Assembly: GCA_025056565.1 (NCBI GenBank)
Contig: JANWWA010000006.1
Span: 48,102 to 112,101, forward strand
Direction of reading: 5' to 3'
Length of the DNA stretch: 64,000 bases
DNA from: Chloroherpetonaceae bacterium
GTDB taxonomy: Bacteria > Bacteroidota > Chlorobiia > Chlorobiales > Thermochlorobacteraceae
Part shown: in pieces, positions 19,935 to 29,986 of the stretch
How positions within the stretch are numbered: the stretch's first letter is position 1
Layout: every line of letters begins with the position of its first letter
Translations under genes and position numbers: made by a program
Notes under the pieces: model-generated
What the model was told of the DNA's origin: nothing
What the model saw: only the letters and a program-made list of their open reading frames with translations
The model's database searches: none

Positions 19935-20426
19935 TCATTTCACTTTGACGTGCTCCATGCCTGCAGTGATGCTTTTTGCATACCTTTTGAGCGATGTTGT
20001 GCAGAGCAAAGCAAGGTAGTAGTCCTCTTTCTCTGTCATTAGCGACCTTTGTGAATCTGTCTCGTCGTTATACCCGACAAGATGCAAAGTGGAGTGAATT
20101 GTAACACGCAGCAACTCAGCTATAAAACTCTGCCTGTATCGGCGTGCATTGCGCCGCACTGTATCGAGCGAAATGTAAAACTCGCCCTCTACAGCGCTGC
20201 CTTCATTAAGGCGAAAAGAAATGGTGTCGGTAGCGTAGTCGTGTTGGAGATACTGCTGGTTTATCTTTTTGATAAATCGGTCGCCACAATAGACTGCAGA
20301 AATCATTAGGGGTGTGTGCTGCTCTTCATACAGCACGGCTGCAATTGCACTTTTTAGGGCTTTCTTTGGCAACCACTGCCTTGTTGTGTTGAAAATCTCA
20401 ACAGTGGAATTATCTAATTTCAGCAA
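19935..20426 (-). CDS. ybeY: rRNA maturation endoribonuclease YbeY
   Basis: 163 aa with a TTG start. Metal motif IHSTLHLVGYND (H-x3-H-x5-D). Followed by MTEKEDYYL, typical of FCB-type YbeY. Confidence 0.85.
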   Translation of the reverse strand: MLKLDNSTVEIFNTTRQWLPKKALKSAIAAVLYEEQHTPLMISAVYCGDRFIKKINQQYLQHDYATDTISFRLNEGSAVEGEFYISLDTVRRNARRYRQSFIAELLRVTIHSTLHLVGYNDETDSQRSLMTEKEDYYLALLCTTSLKRYAKSITAGMEHVKVK

Positions 20427-20429
20427 GCT

Positions 20430-20463
20430 TATGCTCCGTTAAAGCATATGCTCCGTTAAAGCA
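20430..20463. repeat. perfect 17-bp tandem duplication (TATGCTCCGTTAAAGCA x2)
   Basis: 20430-20446 is identical to 20447-20463. It spans the stop codon of the 143-aa ORF and the 12-nt gap before the ybeY TTG start. Confidence 0.95.
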
Positions 20464-20870
20464 AGCTGCACAGCACAGCCGATGACTTCCCCTGCAAGTT
20501 TAAGTAGGTCTTTTGAGAGCAGGTCTTTGTCCACATTAGCGTAGTAAGTTACGCCCGCATCTTTGCTTACAATCAGACCAGAGATTTTAGTGCCATTTTC
20601 TGCAAACAAAATCACTTCACCGAGTTCTTCACTGACTACATAGCCGGTGCAAAAGTGCAGTTGCAGAAGGCCTAGTGGCGTGTAGACCTGAACTAGGTTA
20701 CCAATGCGGTTTCCTATCTCAAGCTCAGGGTAGATTTCCAGCGCCACCTTTCGCCTGCTAGTCAGGTCTTCCACCTCTATGCGCATGTGATTATGCTCGA
20801 CCGCTGGTTCTTTCGCCTTTAGCGCTTTCGCAATTTTCCGAATATCTTTCTTGGTAAACTTGTAGCTCAT
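20439..20870 (-). CDS. hypothetical protein (143 aa)
   Basis: ATG start. Tightly packed upstream of ybeY on the same strand. No recognisable motif. Confidence 0.5.
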   Translation of the reverse strand: MSYKFTKKDIRKIAKALKAKEPAVEHNHMRIEVEDLTSRRKVALEIYPELEIGNRIGNLVQVYTPLGLLQLHFCTGYVVSEELGEVILFAENGTKISGLIVSKDAGVTYYANVDKDLLSKDLLKLAGEVIGCAVQLALTEHML

Positions 20871-20920
20871 CTCCCGATTCGTTTAGGCGTTGGTCAAGGA
20901 TTTCTTAGGTAACTGGTGTT

Positions 20921-21448
20921 TCAAAATGGTGACGGTGTTACTTGCCCTAATGCAATTGCAAGTCCAACCAAAGCAGCTACAACTGCAGCGAAGATACCGA
21001 AATTTCGTGGTGTAAAAATCGGCTCAAGCTCAGCCGTCGTTATGCGCAGCGAGTCGGGCGGTGCGAGCACTGCTGGCAGCGATTCACCTGACACTATCTT
21101 CTCCTGCTCCCCTTTTGCCGTCTGCGGCACTGCGTCTTCTTCACTCTTTACTCTGGGCTGCTGCTTAGAGGTTTGTTCCTTTGTTTGCTGCATCCATGCA
21201 GCTTGTGAAGTCAATGAATCACCACTTACGCTCTCCTCTTTTCGGGCTTTGCTTGCAGAGAACTCGGCACACTCCTTCTCTTTTTGCTCCAGATACTTCC
21301 GCTCTGACGCCGTAAGAATAGCCTTCGGTACTTGTCTTAGTCTTAGAAAAAGTGAATCCTTACACGGGTCTCTCCATGCATTCTCTTGCGCAAAGAGCCT
21401 CAGTGGCAGCAAAAACAGCACTGCTACTGCAGCATGTTGCCATTGCAT
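20921..21448 (-). CDS. hypothetical secreted or C-terminally anchored protein (175 aa)
   Basis: N-terminal signal-like segment (AAVAVLFLLPLRLFAQE), a charged low-complexity middle, and a C-terminal TM helix (FGIFAAVVAALVGLAIAL). Preferred over the Cys/Ser-rich antisense ORF 20916-21500. Confidence 0.45.
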   Translation of the reverse strand: MQWQHAAVAVLFLLPLRLFAQENAWRDPCKDSLFLRLRQVPKAILTASERKYLEQKEKECAEFSASKARKEESVSGDSLTSQAAWMQQTKEQTSKQQPRVKSEEDAVPQTAKGEQEKIVSGESLPAVLAPPDSLRITTAELEPIFTPRNFGIFAAVVAALVGLAIALGQVTPSPF

Positions 21449-21839
21449 TTGTCTTGCCTATGTTTTTCAGAATATACAAAAGCCTTTACAGGCTTGCTAA
21501 CTCAGGCTGCGGTTGGAAGCCTAAAGAACACTAAATTTCGAGCACTATCTCTTGCATGGTTTCCTGAAAAACTGCACTTTTGCTTGAAGGTCAGGCTTTT
21601 GCAAGAAAGGGGTTAGAGATGCGTAACTTTCTGTTAAGCTGCTTCTCAAATCTGGGATTCTTTGTGCAGTCTCCTTATGCTGTGAAGCCTGTTATTGCTT
21701 AGTGCGTAGAATTAAACTTGCAAAAGCAACTTTTTGTCAGTTACATACTGACTTCAACACTCTGATTGCAGCCTTGATGCAGAAACTGTATAATGTTGCT
21801 GCGTATATCGGCTCACGGCTGGTGCGGCACTCCTCCGAT

Positions 21840-22952
21840 ATGAGCCAGCCAAGTTTTCTTTCCCAGAAGATTCAGCAAGGTGAGATTCAAAAGATTCTCA
21901 TCGTGGCGCTCCAGCAGCTAGGTGATAACCTTGTCTTTACCCCCACACTTAGAGCGATTGTGGAGCAATTGGGGCACTTGCAAATTGATATGCTGGTCAA
22001 CTCTGTCGGGTATGAAGTCTACAAGAACGTGCCCCAGATTCGGCGATTCTATGTTGATCACACTTGGTATTGGGGGAAAGGGGAGCGGCGATTGCTCCCT
22101 CTCCTAAAGCTACTGGCCAAGATTCGCAAAGAGCAATATGACCTTGCTATTTTGGATGCCACTTGTGTTGCGCTCAAGTATCCCACGATTACCTACCTGA
22201 CAGGGGCTCGCTATCGCTTAGGTATTGATCAACACCAGCGCGGTTTTCTAAACAACATCCGCATCTCCTATCAGCACCACCTCAATCTGGTTGAGCGAAA
22301 CCTCGCCCTTCTTTCCTTTTTGGGCCTTACGCGTCCTTCTTCTAAGCTCTGGCTTGTTACCTCCGAACAAGATAGGCTTTCGGCCGCTCAACTGATGCAG
22401 TCTATTAAATCCTCTTCCTCTGACAAGGTCATTGTGATTCATCAAGGCAGCAATTGGTCCTCGAAGCAGTGGTTTAGTGAACGCTGGGTTGCTTTGTCGC
22501 AGCGCTTACTTACGCTGCCTGAGACTAAACTTGTCTTCACGGGTGCTGAACGTGAGCGTGCACAAGTTGACGCAATTGTCTTGCAGCTTAAGAGATCAGA
22601 CCGCGTTTTTTCACTTGTTGGTAAAACTTCGATTCACATCCTTAAAGAGTTTATTGCGCTGGCTGACCTCTTTTTGACGGTGGACACAGGCCCAATGCAT
22701 ATCGGTAACTGCACCGATACGCCAATGGTGGTTCTGGCGAGTGCGATTGATTATGAAAATTTCTGGATTCAGCCTTCGGAGCGGGTTATCGTTCTACGCA
22801 AAGAAGTCAGTTGTAAATATTGCCGTGCTGAGGTCTGTCCTTTGGGCACAAAGGAATGTATGCGACTTATCGAGGTGGATGAGGTATTTGAGGCTGCACG
22901 GTATCATCTAACAAAGTTGCGCAATGCTAACGCGTCATTATCAGATTTCTGA
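21840..22952 (+). CDS. glycosyltransferase family 9 (heptosyltransferase-like)
   Basis: The ORF track starts at GTG 21702. I prefer ATG 21840, with ATG 21777 as an alternative. N-terminal KILIVALQQLGDNLVFTPTLRAI and C-terminal LFLTVDTGPMHIGNCTDTPMVVL are GT9 hallmarks. Confidence 0.8.
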   Translation: MSQPSFLSQKIQQGEIQKILIVALQQLGDNLVFTPTLRAIVEQLGHLQIDMLVNSVGYEVYKNVPQIRRFYVDHTWYWGKGERRLLPLLKLLAKIRKEQYDLAILDATCVALKYPTITYLTGARYRLGIDQHQRGFLNNIRISYQHHLNLVERNLALLSFLGLTRPSSKLWLVTSEQDRLSAAQLMQSIKSSSSDKVIVIHQGSNWSSKQWFSERWVALSQRLLTLPETKLVFTGAERERAQVDAIVLQLKRSDRVFSLVGKTSIHILKEFIALADLFLTVDTGPMHIGNCTDTPMVVLASAIDYENFWIQPSERVIVLRKEVSCKYCRAEVCPLGTKECMRLIEVDEVFEAARYHLTKLRNANASLSDF

Positions 22953-23721
22953 AGAAGCGCACGTCTTGTCCATCAACTTGCTCTCCCTTTTCTTCGACAA
23001 AACCAAGCTGATTTAAGCGATGGAGTATCGCTGTGTTCTTTTCAGGGTCGTTACCATGAATCTCCACAAGGAGATATCGAACGTGTCTCATTGCATTATG
23101 ATGCGGGTAGGCAAACACTTCATGCTCAGCACCTTCAATATCCATTTTGCATAGGTCAATCGTCTCACCTCTAAAGTAAGTTTCATAGAGCTCGTCGATA
23201 GTTATTCCTTGTATCATCATTACCTTGCCTTGCCGCCTATTGACTGGATTGTAGATGTTATCTGACGTACCACCTCTGCCCAGCTGCAAACACAGTGATT
23301 TTGCTTCACCGCACACGGCGGCGTTCAATGCCACAAATTCACACTCTAAGTTCTGACGCAAGTTGAACGTCATTCTGGAATGAGTGTAGGGGTTGAATTC
23401 TACTGCCACTACTTTTTTGAGTGGAATCTTGCGATGCTGCAGCATCAATGCAAAGCCTCCTCCATTTCCCCCCAAGTCCAAGACATTGATACTGTTTGGA
23501 AAGGTCATTTTTGCAAGAAATTGCTGATACATTGGAGATACCAGCACGTGGCGTGTGCCACTTTCATCACCAGCAGAATGATCAATCAGGATTTTCATTT
23601 CATCCAAGCAATACACATTCAGTCCATTTTTGCGGAACAAGAGACGAGAAAGCAGAAGTTGCCAGCGGTTATCAAACTTCCAAATTGATTTCAAGCCATC
23701 GAGCTTATCGGAAAGTGCCAT
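22927..23721 (-). CDS. FkbM-family SAM-dependent methyltransferase
   Basis: Gly-rich SAM motif NVLDLGGNGGGFALML. CKMDIEGAEHEVF is typical of FkbM. ATG at 23721 (the track starts at GTG 23730), 5 nt after the hflX stop. Confidence 0.8.
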   Translation of the reverse strand: MALSDKLDGLKSIWKFDNRWQLLLSRLLFRKNGLNVYCLDEMKILIDHSAGDESGTRHVLVSPMYQQFLAKMTFPNSINVLDLGGNGGGFALMLQHRKIPLKKVVAVEFNPYTHSRMTFNLRQNLECEFVALNAAVCGEAKSLCLQLGRGGTSDNIYNPVNRRQGKVMMIQGITIDELYETYFRGETIDLCKMDIEGAEHEVFAYPHHNAMRHVRYLLVEIHGNDPEKNTAILHRLNQLGFVEEKGEQVDGQDVRFFRNLIMTR

Positions 23722-23726
23722 AACTT

Positions 23727-25121
23727 TCACTGTGTTTCTGCTGCATAGTCGTTTAGCTTTCGAAGCGTTGCGTCAATTTGAGCGAGCATTTTCTTTGGCG
23801 CTCGAAAACGCACCTCGATGTACTCTCCATCGTAGTGCTTCTCAAGCACTTCTGCTTTGTCGTGCAAGAAGCTAATGAATTTGTAGTGCGACACATGCAC
23901 CCTTACCTGTCTTTCCTGAAACTCTGCACTGATAATGCTGGTAATGCAAGATTTTAGCTGCTGAATTCCAATTCCTCGCTCTGCGGAGACAAACACGGCA
24001 TTTGGATAGCACTCTCTTGCATGCGCAAAATCAAAGTCAGCGGGCAATTTATCCAATTTGTTGAAGACCGTGATAATCACTTTGTTTATGGCTTGAATCT
24101 CTGCCAGCGTTTGCTCTACGACCGCAATTTGTTCCCCGTAATTCGGGTGACTGGCATCAACCACGTGCAAGAGAATATCCGCATCACGCACCTCTTGCAG
24201 CGTAGATTTGAAACTCTCCACCAACTTATGTGGCAGCTTGCGAATGAAGCCCACCGTATCGGAGAGCAGCACTTGCTTATTTGGAGGCAACACCAGTTGC
24301 CGCGTGGTGGTATCTAACGTCGCAAACAGTTGATTTTCACCTCTGACATTCGCTCTTGGGCAGAGTGCATTCATTAGAGTGGTTTTGCCAGCGTTGGTAT
24401 AACCTACTAGGGCAATGCGCATGGCGTTTTCACGCCACTTTGTTTGCGTCTGATGCTGTCTGTCGAACTCCCGCAATTTCCGCCGCAGTGTAGCGATGCG
24501 CTGCCAGACCAACCGCCGGTCAGTTTCAATCTGCGTCTCTCCAGGACCCTTTGTGCCGATACCCCCTTTTTGCTTTGAGAGGTGCGTCCACTGTCGTGTG
24601 AGACGTGGCAGAAAGTATTCAAGCTGCGCTAACTCAACTTGCAACTTGGCTTGGGCAGACTTCGCATGCACAGCGAAAATCTGCAGAATTAGCGCAGTTC
24701 GATCCAGAATCTTGCACTCGAGTGTGCGCTCCAAGTTGCGCACCTGCACAGGCGAGAGGTCTTCGTCAAAAATGACAACGTCAACCTGTTGCGCCTTGAC
24801 AAAGGATGCCAGCTCACTGACTTTGCCTTTGCCAATGTAGAACGCAGGGTCTAACTCAGTTCGCTCTTGGATAATCTTGTGGAGAACGATTGCACCAGCT
24901 GTGTCCGCCAGTTGCTCGAGTTCATTGAGGTAGTCTTGCACTTGCGCTTTCAGCACCTCAGGTGGGCGGCTCACCCCAACCAAAACGGCTTTCTCGCGAG
25001 CGACTTTTGTATCCAATGTGGGCTTGTTTGGTTCGCAAAACTTCTTTTTAGCGCCTGAATTTAAGAAAAAACCGCTTTTGCGCAACGGCTTTCTCACATA
25101 CTGCCTGCTTACGAGGAGCAA
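23727..25121 (-). CDS. hflX: GTPase HflX
   Basis: 464 aa with a TTG start. G1 GYTNAGKTTLMNAL. G3 plus HflX signature DTVGFIRKLPHKLVESFKSTL. G4 FNKLD. N-terminal HflX domain (VLVGV...AGAIVLHKIIQ). Confidence 0.9.
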   Translation of the reverse strand: MLLVSRQYVRKPLRKSGFFLNSGAKKKFCEPNKPTLDTKVAREKAVLVGVSRPPEVLKAQVQDYLNELEQLADTAGAIVLHKIIQERTELDPAFYIGKGKVSELASFVKAQQVDVVIFDEDLSPVQVRNLERTLECKILDRTALILQIFAVHAKSAQAKLQVELAQLEYFLPRLTRQWTHLSKQKGGIGTKGPGETQIETDRRLVWQRIATLRRKLREFDRQHQTQTKWRENAMRIALVGYTNAGKTTLMNALCPRANVRGENQLFATLDTTTRQLVLPPNKQVLLSDTVGFIRKLPHKLVESFKSTLQEVRDADILLHVVDASHPNYGEQIAVVEQTLAEIQAINKVIITVFNKLDKLPADFDFAHARECYPNAVFVSAERGIGIQQLKSCITSIISAEFQERQVRVHVSHYKFISFLHDKAEVLEKHYDGEYIEVRFRAPKKMLAQIDATLRKLNDYAAETQ

Positions 25122-25215
25122 ACATTGGTTTAGCTTACTTCTGCAGTGCTTCTAAATTGCTTGCGATTTTGTATCTTTTGTTTTCGTTTCCTTTAACCAC
25201 TAAACCTTTCGAGCC

Positions 25216-26571
25216 TTGAACAACACGATTACACCGCTGAGCGACACCGAGCAAGAAATGATGCTCACCTTAGAACCGTCAGAATTTGCACCAACTATTG
25301 AGCAACGCTTCAAAGAAGTTCAAGCAAATGTGCAAATCAAAGGCTTCCGCAAAGGCAAAGCCCCGATGGAGATGATTCGTCGCCTAATGGGCAAGGAAAT
25401 TGAAGCGGATGCAATTGAGCAGCTTGCCAGCAAGTTTTTCTCACAAGTTGTCGAGGAAAAGAAACTCAAACTTATCGGCAAAGCGCGCCTTCGGCACTTT
25501 GAGTATGTGCCTAATGAGAAACTCACTATTTATATGCAGTATGAAGTGCAGCCCGAGTTTGAGCTTAAACCTTTTGAAGATTACACCTTCACCAAAATTC
25601 AGTATGAAATTTCCGACGAGGATGTCGAGCAGGAAATCAAGCAGTTGCTTGCTGAGCAAGGCGTTTGGGTGAGCAAGGACGGCGCAGCAGAGGCAAACGA
25701 CTTGGTTATTGCTGATATGCAAAAGCTTGACAGCTCTGGGCTTGCGATTATCGGTGGGCGTTATGAGCAGCAAGAATTCGTGCTTGCCAATATGCCCAGT
25801 GACAGCTCAATGAAAAAAGCACTTCTTGGCACTAAGGCTGGCGACGAGCGCTTCGTAGATGTGGAGCTTAGAAAAGAAGACGGCAGCTCAGAGCTTGTGC
25901 GCTTTAAAGTCTCCATTAAAGACGTCAAGCGACTGGACTTGCCTGAGCTGACCGATGAGCTTGCCAAAGAACTCTCTGGCGGCAAGTGCCAAACCACAGC
26001 TGAACTTCGCCAAGACATCCGCCGCACTTTGGAGCAATACTATGAAGAAAAATCTGAAGACGATTTGCTCGAGGAGATTGCACAGCGTTTCGTGAAGGAC
26101 AATCCCGTCGCAGTTCCCCCTTCTCTTGCGCGCTCGTTTGAAAATCTCTTGGTTGATAATGCCCGTCAGCGCTTAGGTGGCAAATTTCCACGTGGTTTTA
26201 GTGAGGAAGCCTTCCGGCGAGACATCCACCCCAGCGCTGAATTACAAGCTCGTTGGGCACTCATTCGCTACAAGCTGGCTTCGCAGTATAACATTCAGGT
26301 TACAGCTGACGATTTTAGGGCTGAGGCTGAGAAAACTTCTGCGGCACTGGGTCTGGACGCTGGTCGCCTTCTGCAGGCATATTCTGGCGACTCGATGCGA
26401 GAATTTATCTACGACCGTATCTTGCGCGACAAGATTTATGACTTTCTCAAAACCAAAGTGAAAATTGTGTTGGAAAAGCGGCCACTTTCCAGCCTAAAAA
26501 ATGCAGCGGCTAGCCAGCCTACTGAGCCCTCTCAATCCACTCTCTCCTCAGAATCGAACACGCAACCCTAG
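25216..26571 (+). CDS. tig: trigger factor
   Basis: 451 aa with a TTG start. Ribosome-binding signature GFRKGKAPMEMIRR. Typical three-domain length. Low-complexity Ser/Thr/Pro tail. Confidence 0.9.
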   Translation: MNNTITPLSDTEQEMMLTLEPSEFAPTIEQRFKEVQANVQIKGFRKGKAPMEMIRRLMGKEIEADAIEQLASKFFSQVVEEKKLKLIGKARLRHFEYVPNEKLTIYMQYEVQPEFELKPFEDYTFTKIQYEISDEDVEQEIKQLLAEQGVWVSKDGAAEANDLVIADMQKLDSSGLAIIGGRYEQQEFVLANMPSDSSMKKALLGTKAGDERFVDVELRKEDGSSELVRFKVSIKDVKRLDLPELTDELAKELSGGKCQTTAELRQDIRRTLEQYYEEKSEDDLLEEIAQRFVKDNPVAVPPSLARSFENLLVDNARQRLGGKFPRGFSEEAFRRDIHPSAELQARWALIRYKLASQYNIQVTADDFRAEAEKTSAALGLDAGRLLQAYSGDSMREFIYDRILRDKIYDFLKTKVKIVLEKRPLSSLKNAAASQPTEPSQSTLSSESNTQP

Positions 26572-28659
26572 GCTTAGGGTGTTGAGAGTATTGCTCGGAA
26601 AAGCTTCGTTGCCACTGCCTATGCTTGCCACATCATCACGAAAGACATTGGCGAACCGCGCTGCCAGTTCTACTTGTGCCAAAATTTGGTAGCGCAGATT
26701 GACAAAAGCACGCTGCCCTCTGCCATTATGCGCATATACTGTAAAGGTTAGTGGCAAGTCGTTCTCAAAAGCATAGATTGCTGCATCAAACGAATCGGTC
26801 TGGAAGAAGGCAAGGCGCGCATCAATTGAAAGGCGCTGGTCAAATAAGTCCAAATTTATATCTTGTGCAATTAGCCAGCCTAAATTGCGTCGTGTGCCCT
26901 CTACCAGCTCTTGCGTAAAGTGTTTTACTTCCATGCGGGTGCGCAGTCGCACTTGCGGCGACAGCTCATAGACAAAGTCGGTGCGAATGCGCTCGGCGCG
27001 CTGCGGCGTGGCAATTCGGTATTCCCGCCCCGAAGCATCTACTTGTGTCAGGGCCTCCTCACGCGTCTTGGTTTGCAGGAGTGTCTCAATTAGGATGTCG
27101 CGGCGCGGCTTGTAGGAGACTTGCAGGAGCATGTCGTTTCCTGCCGATGGCAAAACCGTGTTAGATGCGATAAAAGGAAATTGGTAGTAGTCGTAATACG
27201 CCCGCAATTTCAAATCTGGCAACACTCGCAATTCTGCGCCTAGGTAGATGCCACGCTCATTGCGCCCCTGTGCTCCTCCACTCGTCTCTGAAAATGCATT
27301 GGCTCTGGACGAGTAGTATGCGGGTGCATAGTTTCGCACATGTATCACGCCTTTTACACCTTTTGCGAATTCCGTTTGCATACCCAGCATCCACGAGAGA
27401 CTCCGCTGCTCCACCGAATATGCTGCCTCGCCAAACAGATTGAACTGATAGAAGAGATAATCCCAATCCAGCGATATGACATTTGACTGCTCACCTCGAA
27501 AGCGCATTCGGTTAAACAGTTCATCTTGCGGGATAAAAGGTCGGTCGTAACGTGTTTGATAAAATGATGCCCCGATGCTTATTAAATTCTCCAGTAGTTC
27601 CGTGTTCAGCTGTGCTCTTGCGCCAAATACCTGCTCGTCGATGTTGTGTTTGCGCGCAATCTGTGACTCTGTGCGGAAAATCCCGTCCAAGTTAAGGCTT
27701 GAGAAGGCCGTATCATTAGTTGTGCCACTGATTTTGTTGCGCGAGTAAAACCCAATCAAGGTGAGTATGCCCAGTTCTATTTCGGTGGCAACGCCACGAA
27801 AGTAGTTTTGCTCGGACGTAGAGGTGTAGGGTCGCACCTGCCTCAGCGACTGTTTGACGCTGGCTACGGCTTCTGGGCTTTTGAAAAATGCCCTTCCGCT
27901 TTGAATCGCCAGACCTTGTCCAAACGAAAGGTTGTAATCGCCAATCACGAGTGTCTTCAGCGCATAGAGGTCCCGCACCAGCAATGTCGCTGATGCAAAG
28001 TCTGAGAGCGAGACCTCGCCTACATCTTTTTCGGCTAACACAGAGACCATAAAGTTATCCGAGAGAAAACCCTGAATGCGGCTATAGAGGCGTGGCGGCG
28101 AGCCTTGATACGCTCCATTCTGGAATCCGACACGGTTTGGCGTTTCGAAAAGTGAGCGACCGATGTATTCCAGTGAGGCACGCTGCCAAAGCACTCCACG
28201 CCGTAGATCATCCAAAAATGAAGGTTCCTCGAGCTGGTCGGGTCTGATGCGTCCAACAGTCAAAAAGTCACGGATAAGCTCGTAGGTATCTTCATCAATG
28301 AGTGCGCGCAGTTCGGCAACCGCCTTAAATCCACCGTGCGTTCTGCGGTAAGCTAAAATTCTTTCCACGTCAAGTGCGGTGAGAAATGGCATCGAAAGCA
28401 ACTTGGCTAAGCCTGCAGTATTCAGATTCACTTTTTGGCGGCGCAGCCAGTTAAATTGCTCCAAAAGTTCGCTGTTTCCACTTTGTTCTTCGGAGAGGTC
28501 AAGTAGGCGGTCTAAGGTTTGGCGACGCAGCGTCTCAATGCTATCTGCTGGGATGTTGCCGGATTGTGCAAAGAGCCGCATGGTGCATACACATACCAGC
28601 AGCAGTAGAGCACACGCACCAGTCACCCTTGCTGAAACCGCATAAATCCAGTGTTGCAT
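26548..28659 (-). CDS. helix-hairpin-helix (ComEA-like) domain protein fused to a large predicted outer-membrane beta-barrel
   Basis: 703 aa. Signal peptide ([18 protein letters not shown]). HhH segment [43 protein letters not shown]. About 550 aa of alternating beta-strand pattern ending in LGLRVRF, an OMP-like terminal Phe. Confidence 0.7.
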   Translation of the reverse strand: MQHWIYAVSARVTGACALLLLVCVCTMRLFAQSGNIPADSIETLRRQTLDRLLDLSEEQSGNSELLEQFNWLRRQKVNLNTAGLAKLLSMPFLTALDVERILAYRRTHGGFKAVAELRALIDEDTYELIRDFLTVGRIRPDQLEEPSFLDDLRRGVLWQRASLEYIGRSLFETPNRVGFQNGAYQGSPPRLYSRIQGFLSDNFMVSVLAEKDVGEVSLSDFASATLLVRDLYALKTLVIGDYNLSFGQGLAIQSGRAFFKSPEAVASVKQSLRQVRPYTSTSEQNYFRGVATEIELGILTLIGFYSRNKISGTTNDTAFSSLNLDGIFRTESQIARKHNIDEQVFGARAQLNTELLENLISIGASFYQTRYDRPFIPQDELFNRMRFRGEQSNVISLDWDYLFYQFNLFGEAAYSVEQRSLSWMLGMQTEFAKGVKGVIHVRNYAPAYYSSRANAFSETSGGAQGRNERGIYLGAELRVLPDLKLRAYYDYYQFPFIASNTVLPSAGNDMLLQVSYKPRRDILIETLLQTKTREEALTQVDASGREYRIATPQRAERIRTDFVYELSPQVRLRTRMEVKHFTQELVEGTRRNLGWLIAQDINLDLFDQRLSIDARLAFFQTDSFDAAIYAFENDLPLTFTVYAHNGRGQRAFVNLRYQILAQVELAARFANVFRDDVASIGSGNEAFPSNTLNTLSLGLRVRF

Positions 28660-28838
28660 TTGCAGTAGTAGAATTCCTCGCTCTGATTTTACTTGGTTCT
28701 ATCGCTCCGTTTTATCTGGCAGGACCAGATGAAAAATATCCTTATTCCTTAGCGCAACTTTTCACTGGCTTCTGTAAAGGGAATGGTGCCAAAGATGTAT
28801 TTTTCAAGGTAGCACAACCATCAATTCAGCCCAACACT

Positions 28839-29456
28839 ATGCGATATACTTCACAAGCGATTGAAACGCTCATTGAAGAATTTGCCAAGTTGCCGGGCAT
28901 TGGACGGAAGACGGCGCAACGACTGGCCCTGCACATTTTGCGCGAAAAAAAAGAGAATGTTGAACTGCTTGCAAAAGCTCTGATGGCTGCCAAAGAGCAA
29001 GTGATTTACTGCTCGGTCTGTCAAAATATGACAGATGCACACCAAGACCCTTGCCCGATTTGCTCCAGCCCGAAGCGCAATCGCTCGCTCATTTGCGTGG
29101 TAGAGTCGCCTAGCGATGTGATTGCTTTTGAGAAAACGAATCAGTATAATGGTCTTTACCACGTGCTTCATGGCACGATTTCGCCACTGGAAGGCATCGG
29201 GCCTGACGACCTTAAAATCAAGGAGCTACTGGCGCGCCTATCCACAATGAACCTTGAAAACGCCGAAGTGATTTTAGCCTTGAACCCTACGGTAGAAGGT
29301 GAAACCACGGTGCTTTATCTTACGAAATTGCTCTCACCTTTGAAAGTGCGGCTCTCCAGAATTGCTCGTGGCGTGCCAATCGGCAGTGAGCTGGAATACA
29401 CTGATGAAGCGACACTTACACGCGCACTGGAGGGCCGTTCTGAGATTAAACCTTGA
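28839..29456 (+). CDS. recR: recombination protein RecR
   Basis: The track ORF starts at 28566, but RecR begins at ATG 28839 ([34 protein letters not shown]). Cys4 zinc finger [18 protein letters not shown]. Toprim [15 protein letters not shown]. Confidence 0.95.
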   Translation: MRYTSQAIETLIEEFAKLPGIGRKTAQRLALHILREKKENVELLAKALMAAKEQVIYCSVCQNMTDAHQDPCPICSSPKRNRSLICVVESPSDVIAFEKTNQYNGLYHVLHGTISPLEGIGPDDLKIKELLARLSTMNLENAEVILALNPTVEGETTVLYLTKLLSPLKVRLSRIARGVPIGSELEYTDEATLTRALEGRSEIKP

Positions 29457-29522
29457 GTGCAACTTTCTTTGTGCTTTATCGCATAGCTTGCTACTCTTTA
29501 GTTGAACCAATCTCTTTCAGCA

Positions 29523-29966
29523 ATGAAAAGGCTCTACCGCTCTTCGGAAGACCGCATTATTGGCGGCGTCGCTGCGGGTATCGGCGAATACTTCGATGTT
29601 GACCCTGTCTTTACCCGCGTCCTGTTTGTGCTTCTTGCTTTTCTCAGTGGTCTTGGCTTGCTTCTCTACCTCGTGCTCTGGATTATTATGCCGAAGCGCC
29701 CTTCACTTCTTGCCAATTCGACCGAAAGCACAGGCACAGTCACGACTGGTGTAGTCAGCTCAGTTCTTACACCTTCACCTCGGGAGCTGGAAGCAAAAAG
29801 AAAGCAGCGTACTACCATTGCAGGTATTATTCTAATTGTGCTCGGGATTTTAATTTTGCTTGATAGACTTATTCCAGAATATGCGGTGCCACTTGTTTTA
29901 ATTGCCATCGGTGGCGTGCTTCTCTGGCAGGCTTTTTCAAAATCAGATTCTCAGTCGCTCCAGTAA
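29523..29966 (+). CDS. PspC domain-containing membrane protein
   Basis: MKRLYRSSEDRIIGGVAAGIGEYFDVDPVFTRVLFVLLAF is the PspC domain. ATG 29523 preferred over the TTG at 29502. Confidence 0.85.
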   Translation: MKRLYRSSEDRIIGGVAAGIGEYFDVDPVFTRVLFVLLAFLSGLGLLLYLVLWIIMPKRPSLLANSTESTGTVTTGVVSSVLTPSPRELEAKRKQRTTIAGIILIVLGILILLDRLIPEYAVPLVLIAIGGVLLWQAFSKSDSQSLQ

Positions 29967-29986
29967 TTAACTCACTTTAACGAACT

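Noticed and set aside
19935-20426. The third metal ligand of YbeY is Asp (HSTLHLVGYND) rather than the His of the E. coli H-x3-H-x5-H motif
   Set aside because: As I recall, Bacteroidota-type YbeY proteins commonly read GYxD at this position. It is therefore probably lineage-typical and not a loss of function. It does support the FCB-group placement.
20916-21500. 194-aa plus-strand ORF covering the same DNA as the 175-aa minus-strand ORF
   Set aside because: Its translation is Cys/Ser/Ala-rich with no signal, TM or motif logic, which is typical of an antisense shadow ORF. The minus-strand product has a signal-like N-terminus and a clean C-terminal TM helix. The coding strand is still not certain.
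26548-26571. 3'-3' overlaps of convergent genes: tig and the HhH-barrel gene (24 nt) here, and GT9 and FkbM at 22927-22952 (26 nt)
   Set aside because: Short convergent overlaps are common in compact genomes. They may also partly reflect low-complexity C-terminal tails. There is no evidence of a functional antisense arrangement.
28566-28838. Long N-terminal extensions in the ORF track: recR from 28566, tonB from 52015, coaX from 59749, porV from 36884, the photolyase gene from 44252 and the DUF4397 gene from 56151
   Set aside because: In each case the family-conserved N-terminus or signal peptide begins at an internal ATG, often preceded by an AGGAG-type SD, and the extension overlaps the upstream gene or intergenic DNA. 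The starts were trimmed accordingly.
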